A stretch of DNA of 13,855 nt. It comes from Candidatus Krumholzibacteriia bacterium (GTDB taxonomy: Bacteria > Krumholzibacteriota > Krumholzibacteriia > WVZY01). Below are positions 5,573 through 13,855 of this stretch, piece after piece. The translations under genes were made by a program, and so were the position numbers. The stretch spans positions 1 to 13,855 of the forward strand of contig JBHHVD010000081.1 of the NCBI GenBank assembly GCA_046754105.1, in the 5' to 3' direction. The number at the start of each line of letters is the position of its first letter. Position 1 is the first letter of the stretch. The notes under the pieces were generated by a model. That model was not told where the DNA came from. It saw only the letters and a list, made by a program, of their open reading frames with translations, and did no database searches.

Positions 5573-7117
5573 GTGTTCCTCTTCTTGATCGCGGGCACGT
5601 TGTTCTCGACCGCAGACACCGACGTGGCGGCACTGGGGCATGAATTCCTGGCGCCGGACCACTGGTGTTACGATGCGCTCTACCGTTTCGAGTCTCTCGG
5701 TCTGGTCGATCTCCCCTCGCACAAGCTCTTTTCGCGCGACGACGTCATCTCCTATACCGAGGCCATCGAACGGGCGCTCGCGGCGAGCGACGGGCGTCCT
5801 TCGGCGAGGGACCGGTTCGAGCTCGAGCGCCTGCGAAAGGAGTTCAGCAGTCCGGAGTCCCGGGCCGATCCTCGCGTACGTTACAACCCGCCGCTTCTGC
5901 ACCAGGTGGATGGACCGTTTGAGCTGGAAGGGGATCTCGACCTGTCCCTCGTTCCCACGGATCCACTTGCCGGCGAACGTTGGCAGTTTCTCGGGGTCAG
6001 TCAGCCGGTGGCCAGGTTGCACGTCGAAGACAAGGTGACATACGAGACCCGCTACCGCCTGACGATGGGACCGGAGCGCGGAGCGCGGGTGCGCGACCGG
6101 AAACCTTCCCGCCGGGAGCGGAGTTTCCGCGGGCTCACTTCGTTGTTCGAGCGCTCCTATGTCGTCTTTCCGTGGAAGCAGGCGACCCTTTTCTGGGGTC
6201 GCGACTACGTGGACTGGGGCCCGGGCGAAGATGGGAATCTGCTCGTGTCACAAAGCGCCGAGAGTCTGGACAAGTTCGGCGCCCGCCTGCGTTTCAAGAA
6301 TCTGCACGTGAGCACGTTTCACGCCAACCTCTCGACGGAGGCACGCCGTTACCTCTCGGCGCACCGGCTCGAGCTCGACCTCGGCCGGCTCGTGGTCGCT
6401 GTCTCGGAGGCGGTCCTCTATCTCGACCGGGGTTTTGACCCGGCCTACATCCTGCCGCTGAGCAGTTTTTACTCGAACCAGTTCAACGAGCGCTCGGATG
6501 ATAATATCCTGTGGTCGTTCGATCTCAAGTACCGAACGCCTCTCGGTGCAGTGCTCTACGGAGGGTTTCTGATCGACGATTTCCAGTTCGAGAGACGGAA
6601 CGTAAACCCCGACAAGATCGCGTTCGACGTCGGGGCCCGGGTGGCGATGGCCGGCCCCGTGCCCATGACGTGGCGCCTCCGCTACCGTTTCGTGGATGCC
6701 TACACGTACACGCACCGGGATTCGGGCAAGGCGTTCGTTGTCGGCGCGGGCGATCCGGCGGCCGGCGACCCGTCGCTTGGCGCCGAACAGGGCCCGGACC
6801 GCGACCGCCTCCAGGTGAGGGCGGATTTCTATCCACGTCGCGACGTAACGTCGACGGTGTCGTTCTCTTTTCAGCGGCGTGGCGAGGCGAACGATTTCAG
6901 GCGCTTTGTCGAAGGTACCGACCCCTCACCGCCCTTTCCGTTGGGGATCGTGGAGAAAACCTACGCGTTCGGGTACCGCGTGGAGTGGGAGCTGCCGGGA
7001 AACTCGCTGGTTGGGGTCGATGTCCGTCACGAATACGTGCGCAACATCGACCACGCGCCGGGCGTTAGCGGATGGCAAACGGCGGTGCGCGGGCATCTCA
7101 CGTGGGATTTTCGCTAG
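5573..7117 (+). CDS. Capsule-assembly Wzi-family outer-membrane beta-barrel protein
   Basis: Hydrophobic N-terminus VFLFLIAGTLFS, an N-terminal helical region, a Wzi-type motif FWGRDYVDWGPGEDGNLLVS, then LSAHRLE, YGGFLIDDF, many alternating beta-strands and a C-terminal LTWDFR beta-signal-like end. Start uncertain (GTG 5573, or TTG 5468 inside the TPR gene). Confidence 0.7.
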   Translation: MFLFLIAGTLFSTADTDVAALGHEFLAPDHWCYDALYRFESLGLVDLPSHKLFSRDDVISYTEAIERALAASDGRPSARDRFELERLRKEFSSPESRADPRVRYNPPLLHQVDGPFELEGDLDLSLVPTDPLAGERWQFLGVSQPVARLHVEDKVTYETRYRLTMGPERGARVRDRKPSRRERSFRGLTSLFERSYVVFPWKQATLFWGRDYVDWGPGEDGNLLVSQSAESLDKFGARLRFKNLHVSTFHANLSTEARRYLSAHRLELDLGRLVVAVSEAVLYLDRGFDPAYILPLSSFYSNQFNERSDDNILWSFDLKYRTPLGAVLYGGFLIDDFQFERRNVNPDKIAFDVGARVAMAGPVPMTWRLRYRFVDAYTYTHRDSGKAFVVGAGDPAAGDPSLGAEQGPDRDRLQVRADFYPRRDVTSTVSFSFQRRGEANDFRRFVEGTDPSPPFPLGIVEKTYAFGYRVEWELPGNSLVGVDVRHEYVRNIDHAPGVSGWQTAVRGHLTWDFR

Positions 7118-7127
7118 AAGGCCACGC

Positions 7128-7964
7128 GTGAGACGCTTGCCCGCCGCGATCGCCATTCTCCGCCCTCACAATATGCTGGCCACGGCGGCTTCCGTGGTGG
7201 TCGGTTACCACCTGGCCGGAGGCGCCGCCTACACAACCGTCGTGTTGCCGGCCGTGTTTACGGCGCTGGTCACCGGACTGGGCAATCTCATCAACGATTA
7301 CTACGACGCCGATATCGACCGGATCAACCGGCCGGCCCGGCCGATCCCGTCGGGGCGACTGACGCGCGGGTACGTCCGCGGGGCCTACTGGACGGGGACG
7401 GTCTTGGTGACGCTGCCGCTGGTGGCCGCGCTCCCCGGACGACTCGCGGCGCTCATGGTCGGCTGGGAGGCGCTGCTCTTCTTGTACGCCCGCGGCGGCA
7501 AGCGGCTGCCGTTACTCGGAAACGTTGCGATCAGCGCGATCGTCTCGAGTGCGTTCCTTGCCGGGGCGATGCTGGCCGGGCGGATCGCGCCCGTGGGGTT
7601 CGTGCTTGGGCTGGCCTTTCTGCTGGTCATGGGACGCGAACTGGTCAAGGGTGCCGAGGACATGGAAGGCGACCGACTGGCCGGGGCTTCGACGCTGGCG
7701 GTGCGCATCGGGGCGGAGAGGACGGTGGCCTGGGCTGCGCTGCCGCTCTTGCTGTGTGTCGTCGCGGCGCCGCTGCCCGGGCTGTTGCGCGTCTACGCGC
7801 GTTCCTACGCCATCGCCGTGGGGATCACCAGCACACCCCTCGTCCTCGCGGCCCTGTTCCTCGTGCTGCGCTCGCAGGAACGGCCGGTGCTGCGACGCGG
7901 GAGCTGGATGCTCAAGCTGGGTATGCTGTTCGGTATCGCCGCCATGGCGCTGGCGCGCCGCTAG
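7128..7964 (+). CDS. UbiA-family prenyltransferase, DGGGP synthase-like (278 aa)
   Basis: Start reassigned to GTG 7128 (SD AGAAGG at 7116-7121). N-terminal ILRPHN, first Asp-rich motif GNLINDYYDADIDRINRPARPIPSG, second motif RELVKGAEDMEGDRLAGASTLAVRIG, and multiple TM helices. Confidence 0.85.
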   Translation: MRRLPAAIAILRPHNMLATAASVVVGYHLAGGAAYTTVVLPAVFTALVTGLGNLINDYYDADIDRINRPARPIPSGRLTRGYVRGAYWTGTVLVTLPLVAALPGRLAALMVGWEALLFLYARGGKRLPLLGNVAISAIVSSAFLAGAMLAGRIAPVGFVLGLAFLLVMGRELVKGAEDMEGDRLAGASTLAVRIGAERTVAWAALPLLLCVVAAPLPGLLRVYARSYAIAVGITSTPLVLAALFLVLRSQERPVLRRGSWMLKLGMLFGIAAMALARR

Positions 7965-7978
7965 AGGGCGATCTGCAA

Positions 7979-8008
7979 TTGACCGTGCCCCGGTCCCGGT
8001 GGTACCCT
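7979..8008 (+). promoter_or_regulatory. sigma70-type promoter for valS-rodZ-uvrB-nadC
   Basis: TTGACC (7979-7984), 18 nt, then TACCCT (8003-8008), with an extended -10 TG at 8000-8001 and an AT-rich stretch downstream. Confidence 0.6.
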
Positions 8009-8095
8009 ATTCTCTTTAAATCGGTTAGGCGAGTTGGCGTCGCCCGCGCGGGGCCGGAGCCGGGGAGCTGCGATCGCTCGATCGCGTGGAAAATC

Positions 8096-10792
8096 ATGGA
8101 ATTGCAGAAGTATTTCGATTTCAAGGACGCGCAACGGAGGTGGAACGAGGCGTGGGACCGGGCCGGCGTTTTCACGGCCGACGTCGAATCCGACCGTGAG
8201 CCGTTCGTCATCATACTGCCGCCGCCCAACGTGACGGGTATCCTGCACGTGGGTCACGTGCTGGGCGACAGCGTACAGGACTTTTTCATCCGCTGGAAGC
8301 GCATGCTCGGGTGCAACACGCTCTTCGTGCCGGGTTCCGACCACGCGGGCATCGCCACGCAAAAGGTCGTCGAGAACGACCTGGCGTCGCGCGGTGTTCG
8401 CAGGCGGGAGCTCTCCCGCGAGGAGTTTCTCGAGCACGCATGGGCCTGGAAGGAGACCCATCACGAGCGGATCGTGACCCAGCTCAAGAACCTCGGGTGC
8501 GCGCTCGACTGGAGCCGCGAGGCGTTTACCCTGGACCCCGAGCGGAGCCGTGCGGTAAGAGAAGTTTTTGTAAGACTCTACGACAAGTCCCTCATATACC
8601 GTGGCAACTACATCGTCAACTGGTGTCCGTCGTGCCGTACGGCCATCTCCGACGAGGAAGTCGAATACAAGGAGAAAGACTCCCACCTGTACTGGATCCG
8701 CTACGCGCTCGGGGGCGGCGGCTCACTGGTCGTCGCCACGACGCGGCCGGAGACGATGCTGGGAGACACGGCGGTGGCCGTACACCCCGGAGACGGGGCC
8801 AGGGGCAAGCTCGTCGGCAAGACCGCGGCCCTGCCGCTTGTCGGCCGCGAGCTGCCGGTGATCGCCGACGAGGCCGTCGACCCGGAGTTCGGTTCGGGCT
8901 TCGTAAAGGTCACGCCGGCGCACGACCCCAACGATTTCGAGATGGGTCAGAGGCACGGCCTGCCCCACGTAGTGGTCATCGACCGCGGGGGCAAGATGAC
9001 CCAGGCCGCGGGCGAGGCCTTCGCCGGGCTCGACCGGTTCGAGTGCCGCAAGGCGGTCCTGGAAGAGCTCGAACGGCAGGGCGCGCTGGTCAAGGCGGAG
9101 CCGTACCGGCACGCCGTCGGCGAGCACGACCGCTGCCACACGGTGATCGAACCGTTGCTCTCCAGGGAGTGGTTCGTGAAGATGCAGCCGCTGGCCGGGC
9201 CGGCGGTCGAGGTGGTCGAAAAAGGGGAAATCGATTTCTATCCCCCGCGGTGGCGCAACGTCTACCTGAGCTGGATGAACAACATTCGTGACTGGTGCAT
9301 ATCACGCCAGCTGTGGTGGGGCCACCGCATTCCCGTCTGGTATTGTCCCGGCGGGCACCTGACGGTTGCCGTGGACGACCCGGCCGAGTGTGCCACGTGC
9401 GGTTCCGGTGACCTGACGCAGGACGAAGATGTCCTGGACACATGGTTCTCCTCGTGGTTGTGGACGTTTTCACCGCTCGGGTGGCCGGCGAAAACACGCG
9501 ACCTGGAAGTGTTCCACCCGACGAGCGTCCTCGTCACGGGCTCCGAGATCATCTTCTTCTGGGTGGCGCGAATGATCATGGCCTCGCTCGAGTTCATGAA
9601 GGAAATCCCGTTCCGACAGGTGTTTCTCACCGGTATCGTGCGCGACACCCAGGGACGGAAGATGAGCAAGTCGTTAGGAAATTCCCCCGACCCGCTCGAC
9701 ATTATAGAAAAATACGGCACAGATGCATTCCGCTTCACACTCGTGATGCTGTCGCCGCCCGGGCGCGACGTGTTCTTCGCTGAGGAAAAGCTCGAAATGG
9801 GCCGGAACTTCATTAACAAGATCTGGCAGGCGTCGAGAATGATCCTGTCCGCCCACGCCCGCGACGGCGCGCGTTTGCTCGGGGGTGACGTCGCCGCCAC
9901 GGGACGTTTCGCCGAGTTGTGGGCCGAGCGCTACCGGCAGCCGCTGGCGTTCGAGCCCGAGCTTGGATGGGAAGATCGGTGGATCTTGAGCGCGCTCGAC
10001 GGAGCGGCGAGGGACGTGGACGAGAGCCTCCGTGCCTGGCGCTTGAACGATGCCGCGGCCCGCGTGTACGAGTTCTTCTGGAGCGAGTTCTGCGACTGGT
10101 ACCTTGAATTGGCGAAGATACGGTTGTACGGCGAAGGGGACAAGCGCACCACGATCGCGGTACTCTTGTTCGCGCTGGCTGAATCACTCAAAATGCTGCA
10201 CCCGGTCGTTCCGTACGTGACGGAAGAGCTGTGGGCAGGCCTGCCGATGACAGGCGGGCTCGTCCTGGAGAACGCCTACCCGGTGGCGCTGGCCGGCGCG
10301 GGCAGCCGGGAGGTGGAGGAGCGGATGGTGTTGTTCAAGGGGCTGGTGACGGCGACGCGTAACATTCGTGCGTTGTACGGGGTCAAGCCGGCCACCGCGA
10401 TCGAACTGCGTGTAAAAACCCCGCCGGGGGCCGAAGCGTCACTGGACGACATGGCCCCCGGTCTCAAACAGTTGACCCGGGCGGACCGTTTGGACTACGG
10501 TCCGCAGGTACGAAAGGAAAAGGGGACGGCCAGTTCTCCCGTAGGCGGCTTCGAAGTGATCGTTCCGCTATCCGGCGTGACAGATATCGGTGCGGAGCTC
10601 GAGCGGTTGCGCAAGGAGCGGAAGAAACTGGAGCGCGACCTGTCGATGCTCGACAAGAAACTGTCCAACAAGGATTTCGTGGCCAAGGCCAGGGAAGACG
10701 TGGTCGGCCGGGCGCGAGATCGCAAGCGGGTGTTGGAGACGGAACTGTCCAAGATCAAGGAGTCGCTGGACATTATTTCCAGCCAAACCTAG
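8096..10792 (+). CDS. valS: Valine--tRNA ligase (898 aa)
   Basis: Start reassigned to ATG 8096 (MELQKYFD). PPPNVTGILHVGH (HIGH), DHAGIATQ, ATTRPET, KVTPAHDPNDF, DWCISRQLWWGHRIP, DVLDTWFSS, KMSKS and a C-terminal coiled coil. Confidence 0.98.
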   Translation: MELQKYFDFKDAQRRWNEAWDRAGVFTADVESDREPFVIILPPPNVTGILHVGHVLGDSVQDFFIRWKRMLGCNTLFVPGSDHAGIATQKVVENDLASRGVRRRELSREEFLEHAWAWKETHHERIVTQLKNLGCALDWSREAFTLDPERSRAVREVFVRLYDKSLIYRGNYIVNWCPSCRTAISDEEVEYKEKDSHLYWIRYALGGGGSLVVATTRPETMLGDTAVAVHPGDGARGKLVGKTAALPLVGRELPVIADEAVDPEFGSGFVKVTPAHDPNDFEMGQRHGLPHVVVIDRGGKMTQAAGEAFAGLDRFECRKAVLEELERQGALVKAEPYRHAVGEHDRCHTVIEPLLSREWFVKMQPLAGPAVEVVEKGEIDFYPPRWRNVYLSWMNNIRDWCISRQLWWGHRIPVWYCPGGHLTVAVDDPAECATCGSGDLTQDEDVLDTWFSSWLWTFSPLGWPAKTRDLEVFHPTSVLVTGSEIIFFWVARMIMASLEFMKEIPFRQVFLTGIVRDTQGRKMSKSLGNSPDPLDIIEKYGTDAFRFTLVMLSPPGRDVFFAEEKLEMGRNFINKIWQASRMILSAHARDGARLLGGDVAATGRFAELWAERYRQPLAFEPELGWEDRWILSALDGAARDVDESLRAWRLNDAAARVYEFFWSEFCDWYLELAKIRLYGEGDKRTTIAVLLFALAESLKMLHPVVPYVTEELWAGLPMTGGLVLENAYPVALAGAGSREVEERMVLFKGLVTATRNIRALYGVKPATAIELRVKTPPGAEASLDDMAPGLKQLTRADRLDYGPQVRKEKGTASSPVGGFEVIVPLSGVTDIGAELERLRKERKKLERDLSMLDKKLSNKDFVAKAREDVVGRARDRKRVLETELSKIKESLDIISSQT

Positions 10793-10805
10793 AAAGAAAA
10801 CAATC

Positions 10806-11267
10806 ATGAAAGACAAAGTTGTCCACTCGGTCGGAGAGTTACTGCGAGGCGCCCGCGAGGGCAAGGAGATGACCCTCGAAGACGTTCACCAGGCAACGAA
10901 AATCTCTGTCGACGTACTGACGGCGCTCGAACAGGACGATCTCGATTCGTTCCAGAGCGATATATACCTCAAGGGTTTCATCCGTAACTACGCGAAGCTG
11001 CTGCAGATCGACGCCCAGGAGGTCCTGCGCACGCTCGAGAGGCAGCGCGGCGGGGCGCCGGGCGCAAGCGGTGCGCTGTGGGACATCGAAGAATCGGTGA
11101 CGGAGGAAAAGTTGAAGTCACCGAAGATCTTCAAACGATTTGTCGCTCCACTCCTTCTAATCGTCATTCTCGTATTGACGTTGCTCTTGATCAACGAGCG
11201 CAAGAACCGTCCGCAATCGGACAACGCCCTTCTGCAAAGCGAGGTCGTAGGGCCGCGTCCCAGCTAG
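10806..11267 (+). CDS. RodZ-like HTH membrane protein, short form (153 aa)
   Basis: Start reassigned to ATG 10806. [34 protein letters not shown]...[14 protein letters not shown] is the RodZ cytoplasmic HTH, followed by a basic juxtamembrane KSPKIFKR, a [20 protein letters not shown] and about 24 residues. Confidence 0.85.
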   Translation: MKDKVVHSVGELLRGAREGKEMTLEDVHQATKISVDVLTALEQDDLDSFQSDIYLKGFIRNYAKLLQIDAQEVLRTLERQRGGAPGASGALWDIEESVTEEKLKSPKIFKRFVAPLLLIVILVLTLLLINERKNRPQSDNALLQSEVVGPRPS

Positions 11268-11277
11268 AGTGGCAGCA

Positions 11278-13302
<2,025 letters not shown>

Positions 13303-13307
13303 CCCCC

Positions 13308-13855
13308 GTGCCGCAAACGTTCCCCGACGAGAAACGCGTGCGCGCCCTCATCGCGGCGGCGCTGGAAGAGGACACAGCGGCCGGCGACGTGACCGTCGCG
13401 TATCTGGGCGTCGGGTCGCGACGCGTGCACGCGCACCTTTTGGCGGGAGAGAGTGGTGTCCTCGCCGGGATAGAAGTCGTGCGAATGACGTTTGACGAGC
13501 GTGACGCGAGTGTGCGCTTCGACCGCAGGGCGCAAGACGGGAAGCGCGTTCGCCCCGGAGACCTGGTAGCAGTCGTAACGGGACCTGCGGCTGCTGTGCT
13601 GTCGGCGGAGAGGGTGGCTCTGAATTTCTTGCAGCATCTTTCCGGTGTGGCGACCATTACGGCGAGGTTTGTCGCGAGCGTGCAGGGCAAGGCGACGTCG
13701 ATTCTGGACACGCGCAAGACGGTGCCGCTCATGCGCGAACTGGAGCGATACGCGGTGAGGGTGGGGGGAGGCCGCAACCACCGCTTCAACCTCGGCGACA
13801 TGATCCTGATCAAGGAAAACCACATCGCCAGCGCCGGCGGCGTGGCAGCCGCGAT
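13308..13855 (+). CDS. nadC: Nicotinate-nucleotide diphosphorylase (quinolinate phosphoribosyltransferase), 3' end outside the window
   Basis: Not in the ORF track. GTG 13308 after SD GGAGAGG (13292-13298): MPQTFPDEKRVRALIAAALEEDTAAGDVT...AERVALNFLQHLSGVAT...ILDTRKTVPLMRELERYAVRVGGGRNHRFNLGDMILIKENHI, open to the edge. Confidence 0.95.
   Translation, partial: MPQTFPDEKRVRALIAAALEEDTAAGDVTVAYLGVGSRRVHAHLLAGESGVLAGIEVVRMTFDERDASVRFDRRAQDGKRVRPGDLVAVVTGPAAAVLSAERVALNFLQHLSGVATITARFVASVQGKATSILDTRKTVPLMRELERYAVRVGGGRNHRFNLGDMILIKENHIASAGGVAAA

Noticed and set aside
4708..5619. 303-aa minus-strand ORF and the 102-nt periodicity here as a possible DNA repeat array
   Set aside because: Antisense to the TPR gene; the periodicity is the 34-aa TPR unit, with no identical repeats or CRISPR-like spacers.
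6879..7127. Extended N-terminus of the UbiA ORF (similarly 7754-8095 for valS and 10590-10805 for the RodZ-like ORF)
   Set aside because: They overlap upstream genes and lack homology; family-typical N-termini start at 7128, 8096 and 10806.
4846..8077. GCGATCGC (HIP1-like) octamers near 4847, 7146 and 8070
   Set aside because: Only three noticed in a GC-rich 14 kb; too few to claim HIP1 enrichment without a genome-wide count.
8009..8095. T-box riboswitch upstream of valS
   Set aside because: The leader is only about 80 nt, with no UGGNACC T-box motif downstream of the promoter and no terminator.
13700..13855. NadC deviations (LERYAV, IKENH versus the usual LEKYAV, IKDNH) as a sign of ModD-like or inactive protein
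   Set aside because: The changes are conservative; DTRKT, NHR and ERxALN motifs are intact, and the gene is incomplete in the window.

Overview
High-GC bacterial chromosomal window with no rRNA, tRNA, CRISPR array or mobile element visible. Two divergent gene sets share the intergenic region 2877-3165. Leftward is a tight three-gene lipid-envelope operon: an LpxL/PatA-type acyltransferase, a PimA-like GT4 glycosyltransferase and an MFS transporter (cut by the left edge, absent from the ORF track). Rightward, behind a near-consensus sigma54 (-24/-12) promoter, lie an MglA-family small GTPase with no mglB neighbour and a ~188-aa Pro/Glu-rich tail, an all-TPR protein, a Wzi-like outer-membrane barrel, a UbiA prenyltransferase resembling archaeal DGGGP synthase, valS, a short RodZ-like protein, uvrB and nadC (cut by the right edge). 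Several ORF-track starts are over-extended and were reassigned. The gene content suggests a diderm, non-actinobacterial organism, possibly an FCB-superphylum candidate lineage (inference only). The best leads are the sigma54-driven tailed MglA plus TPR module, the patA-pimA-like-MFS operon lacking pgsA, and the DGGGP-synthase-like gene.
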